DNA of 64,000 nucleotides from Eledone cirrhosa (lineage: Eukaryota), in contig OZ024749.1 in NCBI GenBank assembly GCA_964016885.1, positions 16,616,001-16,680,000 of the forward strand, written 5' to 3'. How positions within the stretch are numbered: the first letter of the stretch is position 1; each line of letters opens with the position of its first letter. Shown here one piece after another: positions 37,621 to 51,235 of this stretch. A model generated the notes under the pieces. It ran no database searches. It was given only the letters and a program-made list of their open reading frames with translations, and had not been told where the DNA came from. A program made the position numbers and the translations under genes.

Positions 37621-37663
37621 TCCATATATATACATATATATATATATATAAATATATATATAC

Positions 37664-38431
37664 ATCATCATCATCATCTTCGTTTAATGTCCATTTTCCA
37701 TGCTAGCATGGGTTAGACGAGAGTTGTCCCACTTGAGGCAAGGCTGGTCGGGTGACCATGTCTCGCTCATATAGGACTATCTGGCAGGTTTTCTACGGCT
37801 GGATGCCCTTCCTAACACCAACCACATTTAGTGTGGAACTGGGAACTTTTTACCGTGTTACCTACACAGCCACATTACAGCGTGGACTGTGTGTGTTTTT
37901 TGTCGTGACACCTACACGATCTCGATCTCATTATCTCGTGCTGTTGCTGGGAGTGGGAGGATGGGGTAGGGTAGTGGATTAGGGTGTATATTTGGTCAAG
38001 AGGTGCCTACTGACTGTAGGTTTCGCTTTGTACATAGGCAAGGCGGGTCTTCTGTATTACTGCGTAGCGCCAAAGATCTCAGTCCAGAGACATTGTCTTA
38101 GAGAGATGTAAGTGTATAAGGTCGGAATTTATCAGATCATCCCAGGTTTTTCTGGGGCTACCTACTCCGTAACTACCATCAATTTTGATCGCCCTGCACT
38201 TTTTTATGCAGCTGTCGTCTTTCATGCGCATCACGTGACCATACCAAAGTAGTCTCCTCTCAAGTAAACAGCATCTGATCCCTCTTATTCCTAATTTCTC
38301 ACTTAGTTCATTTATGCTTTGCTGTTCACGTATATTACTATTACACATCCAACAGAGCTTGCATGCTTCATTCCTTTCCAGTCTACGCAGGTCTTCTGCA
38401 TGTAATGCCCATGTCTCACTGCCATGTAGCA
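37664..38431 (-). mobile_element. 5'-truncated RTE 3' end with UTR
   Basis: MLHGSETW..RRLLWYGH..SPRKTW, with a UTR similar to 34068-34430. Confidence 0.88.
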
Positions 38432-38631
38432 TATATATACATATATACATATATATATATATGATATTAACAAATCGAAACTATATTTATAAAACCATAT
38501 TTATTTCATTATACATATTTCAAGGACACCAAGTTAAATTATGGTGTGCTTATATCCGGGAGCTTCCAACAATAATGGTTGCATTCTTTAAGGGTATGTC
38601 AATATTTATTTATAAAACTGCTCTATATTAT

Positions 38632-38694
38632 ATTTTATCTGATGAAAGCACACCATAATTTAACTTGGTGTCCTTGAAATATGTATAATGAAAT
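38632..38694 (+). ncRNA. Type-I hammerhead motif in Penelope pLTR
   Basis: ATTTTAT-CTGATGA-AAGcACACCA..TGGTGTcCTT-GAAATATGTATA-ATGAAAT. AUA site at 38685-38687. Confidence 0.75.
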
Positions 38695-41600
38695 AAATAT
38701 GGTTTTATAAATATAGTTTCCATTTGTTAATATCGTATTTTTACTCCAATTATTTGTTGAGTGCTTTATATCAGTTATAAAAATATTTGCTTGTTGTATC
38801 CCAACAATTTAAATAGAACTTCTACATATATATATATGGTAATTAACTGGTTTAATAATATTAGATATAAATCCTCTGCTTCATTTCTACAATTTGATAT
38901 AGATAATTATTATTCTTCTATATCACCTATACTCCTGAACAAAGCCTTGATATTTGCTAAAAATAGATCTAACTTAACTTTGGATGACATTAATATTATT
39001 ACACATGCTAGACTAACACTACTGGAATTTCAGAATGAATACTGGACCAGAAACACATATAGTAATCTATTCGATATTACTATGGGCTCAAGCGATTCTG
39101 CCCAAATTACTGGTCTTGTGGGCCCCTTTCTTCTTTTTAACATAAATGCTTCCTTTCCCCACCTTAAAGGTGGTTTATATCGTGACGACTGTCTTCTTCT
39201 TTCCAATAACCTTAGCCTCTCAGAGATAGAAAAAAATAAAAAGCTTATTAGAACTTTCCTTAAAGACTATTATAGTCTAGATATTACATTTGAAAACACA
39301 AGTAAAGTAGTTAATTTCCTAGATATAACATTAGACTTATCTACGGGTATCTACCAACCTTACCATAAACCCAACCAAAATTTACACTACATACACTCAC
39401 AATCTAATCACCCTAAATCTATCCTTAAAAACCTTGCATATAATATATCACTTAGAATTTCTAACCTTTCGTCTAACCAAGATGTATTTGATAAAAATGC
39501 GACCTTTTATAATGAAGCTCTAGCTAGAAGTGGCCACAAAAATAGATTAGTATATATACCTTCTACCAATAACACTACAAACATACAACCTAATATTACC
39601 AACAAACACCAAATGAAACATACACACCTAAATGCCACTCACACTATACCCCAAAACACCAACATAAAACCAAATTTCTCTAACTCTTCTAATATACAGT
39701 ATAGTAACTCTCAAAAAACTACTCATCCTACAACTCTAATAAATGTTAATAATAAAACTCCTAATAAACAAGCTAAAACACCTAAATCAATAAATCTAAC
39801 TAAAAATGTGTGGAGAGGTCATTAACAATAATTCTCTTAATAAACATCAGGATGCATCCTATAAAAACAATAAACAACATAGAAACCGTAATAGATGAGT
39901 TACTTGGTATAATGCTCCATTTAATTTACAAATTAAGGATAATATACCTAAAAAATTCTTTAATATCCTAGAGAAAAACTTCCCGCCAAACCACAAATAC
40001 CATCAAATCTTAAATAGATCAACGGTTAAATTCTCCTACTCAACAAACAAAAACATAAAACAAAATATAAGTACCTATAATGCATATAAGTGTAAAAAAA
40101 CCATGAGTATACCACCAGTACATCAAACTAACCATAATATCTCCTCAGATACAGGATTCACGAAAAGTTGTAACTGTAGAAACAAGGCAAACTGTCCATT
40201 AAAAGGAAATTGCCTTGTTAATAACATAGTATATAAATGTAAAGTTAACACTAAGGACTCTATTTTTTCATATATAGGAGCTACCTCTAACAATTTTAAG
40301 GTAAGATTTAATACCCACAAACATAGTTTTAAAAATGCCGCACTAGCTAATACAACATCTCTAGCTGAAATAATTAATAGTTATAGAAAGAGGAATATAG
40401 AATATGACCTGACCTGGAGTGTGCTCAAAAGGGCCACCCCTTATCAAAATAGTAGAAATGAATGTAGATTATGTTCCCAAGAACTTTTCGAAATAATGAA
40501 ATCTAAGGATATCCTATTAAATAAGCGACAGGAATTAATAATATCGTGTAATCATAAACTGAGAAAAACCTTTAAATATTATAAACCTAATTAATATACA
40601 CTTTAGAAATTAATATATAAATTATTTTTAATTTAGTTAACCTATAATTAATATTCTACGACTGATGAACTACATAATTCTGCTTTAAATATTATAAACC
40701 TAATTAATATACACTTTAGAAATTAATATATAAACTATTTTTAATTTAGTTAACCTATAATTAATATTCTACTACTGATGAACTGCATAATTTGGCTTTC
40801 CTTCTTACAAATATCATTTCCTAAAACTGACACCATTAAGTAAACATATATAATGCTTTAACTTCAGGTTATGACTCTATGTTCCTTGAAAACTATATAT
40901 ATTTACTATTTCTCACTAATAAATTTAATCCCCCCCCCCCAATAATTATATGTATATATGACTGTGTATGTGTGTGTATATATGTGTGAATGTATGTATG
41001 TGTGTATATATATGTGTGTATATATATGTATATATATGTGTATGTATGTGTGTGTATATATATGTACATATATATATATATATATGTATATATAAGTGTA
41101 TATATATATGTGTATATATGTATATATATATGTGTGTGTGTGTATGTATATATAAGTGTATATATATATATTATTTTTATATTCTTTTAATCTCCCCTCA
41201 TCTTTAGCAGCAGTTTTCAACTGCATCTAACTCTTATTTATCATATCTATATGTATTAGTATAATTTTATCAATATAAATATACCCTTCAATTAAATTAA
41301 TTTTATATTCTTTTCATAGATGTATTTTTTTCACTAACATTCTTATCTTAAAACTTTTGTCACCTTAGATATTTGTATTGGCATTACTATTTTATAACAG
41401 CAACCGCCTGTATACCTTTTACTGACCACCTGACCTAGTTTCACCCCTAAAATAAGCTTCAATTACTACTATTTTACCATTTGGCCAATTATTAACTTTC
41501 TATTGGTTAATTCTAAACCTCTTACCAAACAGACAGAATATATTAGATCTTTGTTGGTTTTATTCAATGAACAAATAAAATTATTTCTGAGGTCAGCATA

Positions 41601-41824
41601 TGACCTATTTCTTCCCTAAAATAATCCTTCATTCATAATATTCTTTTGCATCCAAAACTGAAATCTACCTTCCTCTACCCATAATTTAAGGTTCTTCTAC
41701 TACTATATTACTATCTTGACCCTCACTATCTCCTGATTGGTCAATTCAAAACCTGTTCCTAAACAGACCTATTGTATTGAATCTTTGTCTTTATCAATAA
41801 ACAAATATCATTATTTCTGAAGAC

Positions 41825-42005
41825 GTGGATTGGCAGTATTGGTAGAGGGTCGGACGCCATGCTTTGACGCATAGAGTTACGTCCCTTGCATTCTGAGTTC
41901 AAATCCCGCCGAGGTTAACTTTGCCTTTCATCCTTACGGGGTCGATAAAATAAAGTACCAGTAATACACTGGGTATTTGCTGGCCTTGTACCTAACGTAG
42001 AAACA
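41825..42005 (+). mobile_element. tRNA SINE with 15-bp TSD
   Basis: attatttctgaagac at 41810-41824 and 42006-42020. Confidence 0.88.
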
Positions 42006-42145
42006 ATTATTTCTGAAGACAGCATATATATGTGTAGGTATGTATATTCCCTCTGATAGTTTGTATAAATATTGTACATAGATCTATAGAATATGCATAC
42101 CAACTCTAACACATATATATCCTAGAAACGATCGTAAAATGATGA
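42006..42145 (+). ncRNA. Hammerhead motif with about 100-nt stem II
   Basis: ATTATTT-CTGAAGA (42013-42019), long hairpin, GAAACGATCGTA (42125-42136), AAATGAT. Two mismatches at the base of stem II. Confidence 0.6.
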
Positions 42146-42342
42146 AATTTTTTTTTAATATAAGGAACTGTTTCTTTGTTTATTCATTATTTCATTAATT
42201 TATCTTGACTCTGTTTTCCGTTTATTTTTCACCGAAAGTAGTTTTTGAATGCATCTCCTCTTTTCATGATATCCGGATTACATTGAGTTCTTCATACGGA
42301 TTGGACACTACCGTAAACTTTTGGTAGATTTATCTATATACA

Positions 42343-42434
<92 letters not shown>

Positions 42435-42479
42435 TATATGTATTTATATATATATATACATTTATATATGTATATATTT

Positions 42480-43960
42480 CAGCTATGAGAGTTAGATCAT
42501 CTGCGTATAGAAGTTCCTATGGGCAGCCAGTCTTGAACGCCTCTCTTATAGCCTGAAGGGCAATAATAAATAGGAGGGGGCTAAGGACAGAGCTTTGATG
42601 AACAACTTTTACGCTAAATTCTTCACTATATTCATTGTTAATTCAAACCTTGCGGACTGTTTCTGGCTTGTATAGCTCTAACTAGTTTCTGGCTTGTATA
42701 GCTCTAACAAGCCATTCATCTACACCTAGTTTTCTAAAAGCCCACCAGATAATGGCGTGGGGGATTCTGTCAAATGCTTTCTCCAAGTCTACAAAAGATA
42801 AGTAGAGGGGTTTACTTTTAGCTAGGTACTTCTCCTGTAGTTGTCGTACAAGGAAAAGAGCATCTGTGGTACTTTTACCAGACACAAACTCAAACTGCAT
42901 TTCATCTAGATCAATTCGCTCTCTGTCACCTTCATGACCTGGTGAACTAACTTAATGCCTCTATAGTTTCCCCTATCTAGAGCATCCCCTTTACCCTTGT
43001 AGCAGTTAATGATGATGCTGCTACACCAGTCCTTTGGTATGACTCTATTCTTGTTGTAGAACATGCTTGATCTTTCTATCCTCTGCTTCCCTTCTTGCAA
43101 GGTACACTTGTTTCCTAGCTTCCCTCCTGGCCACTTGATAGTGCTCTCTACTACCCCCATCCTGCCATACTTTCCAAGCCTGCTTTTTGGCTTTGATTGA
43201 CTCCTCCACCTTACTGTTCCACCACCAAGTTAGATCTAGAAAAGGCCTTTGACAGAGTACCTCACTCTGTTATCTGGTGGTCCTTCAGAAATTTAAGTGG
43301 AGACTGGCTTGTGAGCTGTCAGTAAAGTGAGAGTAGGAAGGGAGTTTAGTGAGGAATTCAATGTTCAGGTAGGTGTTCATCAAGGTTCAGTTCACAACCC
43401 ACTGCTGTTCATTATAGTTCTCCAGGCCATAACCAATGAGTTTAAGACTGGCTGTTCACGGGAAACAGTCTATGTGAATGATCTGGTCCTTATAGCTGAC
43501 TCCATAAAAGAACTAGAGAATAAGTGACCCTACTGCATATGTAGGAAAGGAGTAGGCATAAACTGTACACAATGATAGCTTCCGCTATCTAGGTGGAGAG
43601 AAATGGAGCGACCATGCTTCGTTGGATGTGCAACGTAAATGTGAGAAGAAGGCAGAGCTTGGATAAATTAAGAAAGAAATTGGACTTCAGAGGAAACCGA
43701 AGTGGTGTGCAAGAGAGAAGACTGCTTTGGTATGGATATGTGATATCCATGGATGATGATCGCTGGTTAAAGAAGTGCCACGGAATACCAGAGGAATGAG
43801 ACCAAGGAAGACCAGGGTAGATGTGGTGAGAGCTGATCTGAAATTGCTGAGACTCACAGTGAAAATAACGAAGGAATAAGCGAGTGGGGAGATGTTGTTC
43901 TTAAAAGGACCCATCCAACCCATGCCAGGATTAAAAAACGGACGTAAAACTATGATGATG
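42480..43960. mobile_element. RTE fragments (minus 42480-43230, plus 43231-43960); duplication-unit copy 3
   Basis: Paralogous to 23410-25570. Confidence 0.85.
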
Positions 43961-45118
43961 TAGATGAAGTAAATTAAATCAAAACAGATTTAGACTAAAT
44001 CGAACAAAACTTCCCTGAAACAACAAGGTACAGCTAAATATAAAATATATTTTATAACGTAAGGTAGTGAACCACATAATTAAATAGACGGAGGTAATTT
44101 AAATATTAAAGATATCTTTAATTTACTTAAAGCAATAACAAGGTACAGCTAAATATAAAATATATTTTATAATGTAAGGTAGTGAACAAGATAATTAGAT
44201 GGACGGAGGTAATAAAATAATAAAGTCATAACATGATAACACAACATTTTATATCACATGTAACAGTGGAATCTGGTTAATTACTTAATAGTTGTAGGGT
44301 TCACATAATTATATTATTTACACACATTAATATAGACATTAAGTAAATCTTTGTCAACTTACCTCCTTCACATATAATCAATGTGTTGTGTTGTTAGTTT
44401 TTACTAAACAACCAAAGAAATAATCTCTTTGTTATCAAATTGGAATTCTCAAAGATGTTATCAGCTTTATTTCACGACATTAACGTTGGTGTATCTTCTT
44501 CATCTTTAGTCATGAATTGATATCTTGTCAGAATGAAGTAGTGAGGCTGACTTTATGTCTTTAGCTACAGATTTGATAGGAAATATATATATATATATTA
44601 GGTTGATATGTGGTCTAAAATATATATATTGTCTATAAATGACTGATAGCAGATGTTCTGGTGAAATAGTAGTTTTACTACTACAGATTGTAATGGAACT
44701 CTTAGTAGACACAATTGTAAAGTAAGAATAGATATGACAGTGTAAGACTGATGTCGGGGAATTAAAATTGTGTATATATATAATTGTTACACAAGATATA
44801 ATTAGATTAAATGTTATAATGAAGACAGCAGGTACTCGGTGTCGTTGGGAATGTTTCAACTCTCGTACCGGTGTCATACTTTAAAAGTCCCTGATATAAT
44901 TTAAAACCTTCAGACAGTTCCAATCGTATTTAATTTATTGTAAATCAGTAAAATATCAATTATATATCAATAAAAGAACCGCTACGTAGTATCTCTAACT
45001 GCTAGAAATACCAGTGATATTATACATTACAACTTATTTTTTTTTGTTTAAAATCTCCAAATCTTTTGTACAGATTTCGGAATAAACTGAAAGACCGTGA
45101 GAATATCATTCTCCCTCT

Positions 45119-45153
<35 letters not shown>

Positions 45154-45193
45154 TCCGAAAGTATATATATATATATATCATCATCATCATCAT

Positions 45194-45224
<31 letters not shown>

Positions 45225-45352
45225 GGTTTGTTGGTTCACCACTGGATAGAACTGGTAATTCCGTATTGTCAACCTTGATGTAATATTAGGGAGAGCACTC
45301 GACGTAATCCTATATTTCAGGTTATTGTTATCATGACTGTCTTTATTATTTG

Positions 45353-45727
45353 GGACGCCAAATTTTCCAGCAGAGTTACGTCCCTTTACGGTATGAGTTC
45401 AAATCCCGTCGACGTTAACTTTCATCCTTACGGGGTTGATAAATTAAAGTACCAGTAATTAAAGTACCCTATGCCAAAAGTAGAAACAATTATTTAAAAT
45501 ACCTCGGGCGATGGATTGGTAGTACAGGTAGAGGGTCGGACGCCATGCTTTGAAGCATAGAGTTACCTCCCTTTATGATCTGAGTTGAAATCCCGCCAAG
45601 GTTAACTTTGTCTTTCATCCTTACGCGGTCGATAAAATAAAGTACCAGTCACGCACTGGGGTCGATTTAATCGACTTTCCCCTCCCCCCAAATTGCAGGC
45701 CTTGTGCCTATATAAGAAACCATTATA
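45353..45727 (+). mobile_element. tRNA SINE pair
   Basis: Paralog of 9435-9810. Confidence 0.8.
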
Positions 45728-46600
45728 ACAAATTTAGAAGGGCCCTAGATAAACATAAACTTAATATTAAGATAGTAGAAAGACCAGGTACCTCCATAAA
45801 AACACTTATTAGCAATACATACCCTTTTCAAAAAGCTCCCTGTATAGATAAGAAATGCATAATCTGTAAACTAAGCCCCCATATTAACTTTAAAGCTACA
45901 AATGTAGTATATAGCATAAGATGTACTGAAGGACAATGTAAAGATAAGAATATAGTGTACATAGGTGAGACAGCTCGTAGTATAGGAGAACGGTTAAATG
46001 AACACTGGCGAGAACTTCAAGATAAAAAAGAATCATCAATACTCCACCAACATGCTAAAATAGGACATAAGGGCAAATTAGAGAACATAGACTAAAAATA
46101 GAATCTACACACAGAAAAGATGCAATGTTTAGACAAATCACATAGGCAATAAACATAAATGAACTCCCATCAAAATTAAATAGAAAACAGGAATGGAATA
46201 GCAACATCACAACTTACAATTAAAACACACACACACATGGAACAAACAACCAACCAGTAACATTTAAATAAACAAATAAATAAACAAATAAAAACACACA
46301 CAGACACCCGAATGTAACACATGCGCAAACTAAGCACACAACATACACAAAAACAAGATGGCGTAGGACAGAACAAAGGAGAGGCACAAAACAAAGTAAA
46401 GAATCCCCAATCACTGGAGAGGTAACAGAATGTGTGACGAAAGAACTTTGACAATATATGAACAACCGTCCAGTTATGGAACCAACCAACCAACCGGAAA
46501 TTTATAAATTCTTAAATTTATAAATTTAATTTATAATAAATTGAAGTGAAAGCAAATGGTGCGTGTGTTTCTTATTGGCAACATGACCCTCCCAAAGCAT
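45728..46600 (+). mobile_element. 5'-truncated Penelope-like element (GIY-YIG plus 3' repeat with mutated hammerhead at 46411-46452)
   Basis: Translates CIICK..NVVYSIRC..C..VYIGETARSIGERLNEH..SILHQH. Absent from the paralogous site near 9810. Confidence 0.8.
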
Positions 46601-46620
46601 AATTATATCTTTCGTGTAAC

Positions 46621-46751
<131 letters not shown>

Positions 46752-47457
46752 ATGTTGTCTCCCCTACATCAGTCTTACACTGTCATATCTATTCTTACTT
46801 TACAAGTGTGTCTAAGAGTTCCATTACAATCTAGTAGTAAAACTACTATTTCACCAGAACACCTGCTATCAGTCATTTATGTATATACATATATATATAT
46901 GTATATAAAAGCTAAATGGAAATAACAACACAATCGGTACAGTATATGGAAGGGATATATTAGGTTAACACTTGATATAGCAGGAAGACGGTCTTAACGT
47001 TTCAGACGCTAGTCCTTCATCAGAAGAAAGAATGAGAAATAAAATAGATTGAGGGGACGGGTGGGTTGGAATTGGAAAAAATGTCTTTAGCTAAAAAATG
47101 TCTATGTAATGAGGAAGAGAGAGTGGTTGTGACAGAATAGATTGAAAGAGAGACAAAGAGAGAAGGAGACAGAGAGCTGGCGGTATTGTGCATATATATA
47201 TATATGTGAATGTGTGTGTATATATGTATATGTTTGTGTATAGATCACAGACACCCACATATATATATACACACATACATATATATATATGTATACACAC
47301 ACACTTATATATATATATACACACACATTTATATATATGAAACTTCCAGTTTCAGATCATATACATGTCTGTATAAAATTATTTTGAGGTAAACTTTACC
47401 CAACGGGTCACAGGTGGTCTAATACATACATATATATATATATATAAATATATATAT

Positions 47458-47802
47458 CATCATCATCATCATCATCATCATTTTACGTCCGCTTTTCCCT
47501 GCTTGCAAGGGTGGGACGGGAACTGATTCTGGCTTGATTTCTACAGCTGGATGCCCTTCCTAAAACCAACCTCATTTACAGTGAGTGCTGGGTGCTTTTT
47601 TGCCGTGCCTCCTCCACGACCACTTTACAGTGGAATGATAGGGACCCCAGTCCTATCATCTCATTTCTACAGCTGGGTAAACTGGAGCAATGTGAAATAA
47701 AGTGTCTTGCTCAAGGAAACAACACATCACTCGGTCTGATAATTGAACTTACAACTTTTCGATTGCAAGGCCAATGCTCTAACCACTAAGCCATGTGCCT
47801 CC
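47458..47802 (-). mobile_element. tRNA SINE with RTE tail
   Basis: Reverse complement of the 21895-22228 family. Confidence 0.85.
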
Positions 47803-48155
47803 ATATATATATATTTATATCAAGCAAGAATTTGTTGGTGATTCCTCTTACTCTCTCTCTTCCACAAAGCTGGAGGTGAACCAATTATCAAAGTACTTCA
47901 ACATCTTTTTAACTGTTTTATTACTACAGGAAAAAAGCCCAGACATGTTCAAGAAAGCATTGATATTTGTACTCTACAAAAAAGGTAGCAGGCTTTAATG
48001 TGGGAATTATTGTCCTATCAGCCTATTAACCTTTTAATGTTCAAACCGGCCAAAATTCTCTACCTCTTTCTGTCGAAACTGGCTGTAACTGGTCACTCAA
48101 ACTGATGTTATGGTATTGTTCTCAAAATAAATACTTTCAAAATCTCATAGATTCG

Positions 48156-48632
48156 ATATTGTGTAAGATAAAGCCTTTACTGTGAAAATACAATAGTATA
48201 CATAGAGTAATGTAAATGTTATGTGATATATTATGTGAGGCAAAGCCTTTACTGTGAAAATACAATAGTATATATAGAGTAATGTAAATGTTATGTGAGA
48301 TATTATGTGAGGTAAAGCCTTTACTGTGAAAATACAATAGTATATATAGAGTAATGTAAATGTTATGTGAGATATTATGTGAGGTAAAGCCTTTACTGTG
48401 AAAATACAATAGTATATATAGAGTAATGTAAATGTTATGTGAGATATTATGTGAGGCAAAGCCTTTACTGTGAAAATACAATAGTATATATAGAGTAATG
48501 TAAATGTTATGTGAGATATTATGTGAGGCAAAGCCTTTACTGTGAAAATACAATAGTATATATAGAGTAATGTAAATGTTATGTGAGATATTATGTGAGG
48601 CAAAGCCTTTACTGTGAAAATACAATAGTATA
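48156..48632 (+). repeat. 72-bp minisatellite array (copy 3, highly homogeneous); resumes at 49509
   Basis: About 6.5 near-identical monomers. Confidence 0.95.
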
Positions 48633-49508
48633 TCTATATATTAATTTGAACAATGTCAGTATTCCGTCATAATTCTCGATTATCATTGGTTCATAGGTTT
48701 CAAACGACTCCGCCCACCTCAGCGATGCCAAGCTTAAATTAATATGCATAATGCCAATGAGGGAGTGAGAGGGGAGAGAGAGGCAAAGTGAACGCTGTGT
48801 TTGGATAGACTATATATATGTGTCAGTGTAGAGACATGTGTGTGTGTGGATATAAGAGGGGAAGGAAAGCAATAACTATTAACATGTGTGCGTGTGTATG
48901 TACGTGCGCGTATGTTTATGTTTGTGTGCATGCGTGCAGCGTTCCACAGAAAGTAAAAACTATCAACATGTGTGAATGTGTGCGTGTGTGTAAGTTTGCG
49001 TGCGTGTGCGCGTTTCCATGCGTGTATGTGTGTACGTGCGACATCCCACAATTGCCACGCAGTTTATCTGTCTGTGTGCCTGTCTGTCAGTCTAACATAC
49101 ACAAAGTTGTGAAGGGAGTAAATAGGGACCTTTTTTTACATTGACAGACATCTTTTATATTAATTATCTATATCTATATCTACATATAATATAAAAGATT
49201 GGAACTTCCATCATCCTTTTGAGAAACGTGGAACAACCACGTCTATGCAATGATACACGTTTTACAGTCAGGCAGAAGATGAACCATCTCCTAGAGGTCA
49301 CTATTCTAGGTAGGAGCACCTAGAATTGTTCATATACTATGCACAAACGGTATATCTGGAAGATTTTTTTTACTGTTTTTGGTATCACACAGACACCACG
49401 GACTCGCCTCACACTGTAATCAGACAAACATCCAATACAGTCATTTTCTCTTTTACCTGTCTTCTCTAATCATCTGTTTACCCGGGCGAAGCTGAGTACG
49501 TCAGCTAG
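48633..49508 (+). mobile_element. Non-autonomous Helitron inserted in the minisatellite
   Basis: A|TC start and cccgggcgaagctgagtacgtcagCTAG|T end; removal restores the monomer exactly with no TSD. Internal PIF1 remnant PIILLRNV..PRLCNDTR at about 49205-49310. Confidence 0.85.
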
Positions 49509-49549
49509 TATAGAGTAATGTAAATGTTATTTGAGGTGTAGCTTCTTCT

Positions 49550-49552
<3 letters not shown>

Positions 49553-49616
<64 letters not shown>

Positions 49617-49630
49617 ACTCTCTCTCTCTC
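49553..49630. repeat. (TC)n microsatellite
   Basis: Direct reading. Confidence 0.95.
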
Positions 49631-49741
49631 TTCCCATCTCTCTAGAAAGCCAGATCCTTTCTCAACCATGGAACTATGTATTAAGTGTTAATTGAACAAT
49701 TTTCAGTTGAAAATTGCAAACTTGACTGTCACCACACATTA

Positions 49742-49780
49742 TGAACCTGAAGATTGCGAAAGCATGAAAGTACTTGTTCA
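49742..49780 (+). ncRNA. Minimal type-I hammerhead motif
   Basis: TGAAC-CTGAAGA-tTGC gaaa GCAt-GAAAGTACTT-GTTCA, with palindromic stem III. Sits in a small insert with 19-bp inverted repeats at 49681-49699 and 49774-49792. Confidence 0.75.
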
Positions 49781-49942
49781 ATTAACACTTAACATTTAAT
49801 ATTCTACCATACTATTTCATTCTAATACCATTATAAATTTTAAAGGATTGTAAATAAAACGAGTAAATCAGACAAAGTTGGAATTCCTTTTATTAATATA
49901 TATACATATATATATACATACATATATAGATACATATATATA

Positions 49943-51188
49943 TCATCATCATCATCATCATCAACGTTTAACGTCCGTGTTCCACGCTTGCATGGGTTTG
50001 GACGGGGGTATTCCCACTTGAGGCAAGAGTGATTGTCTTGCTCGCATAGGACTGTCTGGCAGGTTTTCTACAGTTGGATGCCCTTCCTAACACCAACCAC
50101 ATTTACAGTGTGGGTCTGGGAGGTTTTTACCGTGTTGCCTACACGGCCACATTACAGCGTGGACTGTGTGTTTTTTTGTCGTGACACCTACACGATCTCA
50201 TTTGTTTCGGCCTGGATGGCACGGCACCAACATAACTTTACATAGAACGGGGTGGTGTGGATGGGGTGGGGTGGGTGGGACGGGGTGTATTTTGTTAGAG
50301 ATGCCTACTGGCTGTAGTAGGTTTTACTATGTATTTAGGTAAGGCGGGTCTTCTCTGTTACTGAGTACCGCCAAAGGTCTCGGTCCAGTGACATTGTCTT
50401 GGAGAGGTGTAAGTGTGTGAGGTCGGAGTTTATCAGCTCGTCCCAGGTTTTTCTAGGTCTGCCTATTCCGTGGCTACCGTCTATCTTTATTGCCCTGCAC
50501 TTTGTTATACAGCTATCGACTTTCATGCGCATCACGTGTCCATACCAACGTAGCCTTCTCTCGAGTAAACAACATCTGATCCCTCTTATTTCTAATTTTT
50601 TTCCTTAGTTATCCAGCGGAGCATGCAAGCTTCGTTCCTCTCTAGTCTGCGTATATCCTCTGCACACAATGCCCAGGTCTCACTGCCATGCAACATTGCT
50701 GTTCGTATGCAGGCATCATACAACCTGCCTTTCAATTTTAGGGAGAACCCTTTAGCAGCTAATAGTGGTATAAGCTCTCTGAACTTTTTCCAACCAGTTC
50801 TGACTCTAGCTACTGTACTTTCAGAGCACCCTCCCCCACTGCTGATTTTGTCTTCCAGGTAACGGAAGCTGTCCACTATTTCTATAGAACCCTCTGCGCA
50901 ATTGAAAGAGCTAGTATTTTGTGGGCACTTGCTGCTACTTATTGCACCAGAGCACCGGCCACATGTAAAATCTATGTTCTTAGTTAGCTTACCTGTGATC
51001 CCACTATATCTTTTATGCACCCATACTTTGCATTTGGGACATAAAATGGAGTTTCTACCTACTCCTTTCCTACACACTGAGCATGGCCATTTCCCAGAAG
51101 GGACCGCCGCCTTATTTTCTTTCCTACAAACTAGAACTTGAGTCTTAGCCAGGTTAATTTTAAGTCCTTTTGATTCTAGGCCGTGCTT

Positions 51189-51191
<3 letters not shown>
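49943..51191 (-). mobile_element. 5'-truncated RTE LINE (PHD-like finger, C-terminus, 3' UTR)
   Basis: ORFs 51236-50592 and 50535-50335, with a UTR matching 34068-34430. Confidence 0.9.
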
Positions 51192-51233
<42 letters not shown>

Positions 51234-51235
51234 CA

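Larger units (their letters stand above)
38463..42300 (+). mobile_element. Penelope-like element (RT plus C-terminal GIY-YIG), 5'-truncated, with inverted pLTR; 3' boundary uncertain
   Basis: RT motifs FDIDNYY, ITMGS, LYRDD, NFLDITL and YHKP (ORF 38761-39825). Cys linker CNCR..CPL..C and IVY..YIG..R..H (ORF 40103-40594). 89-bp inverted arms at 38463-38551 and 38646-38734. Confidence 0.85.

Noticed and set aside
39893-39900. In-frame TGA in the Penelope linker as possible selenocysteine
   Set aside because: It lies in a basic RNRNR*VTWYN stretch where Arg is expected, the element has other frame disruptions, and no SECIS was recognised.
40573-40795. Two CTGATGA boxes in a tandem duplication of about 112 bp after the GIY-YIG ORF
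   Set aside because: No matching GAAA box or helices were found downstream, so they are not called hammerheads.
48137-48625. ORFs with 24-aa repeats (YFHSKGFASHNISHNIYITLYILL), also at 12.4, 13.3 and 27.0 kb
   Set aside because: These are translations of the 72-bp minisatellite, with no sign of a gene.
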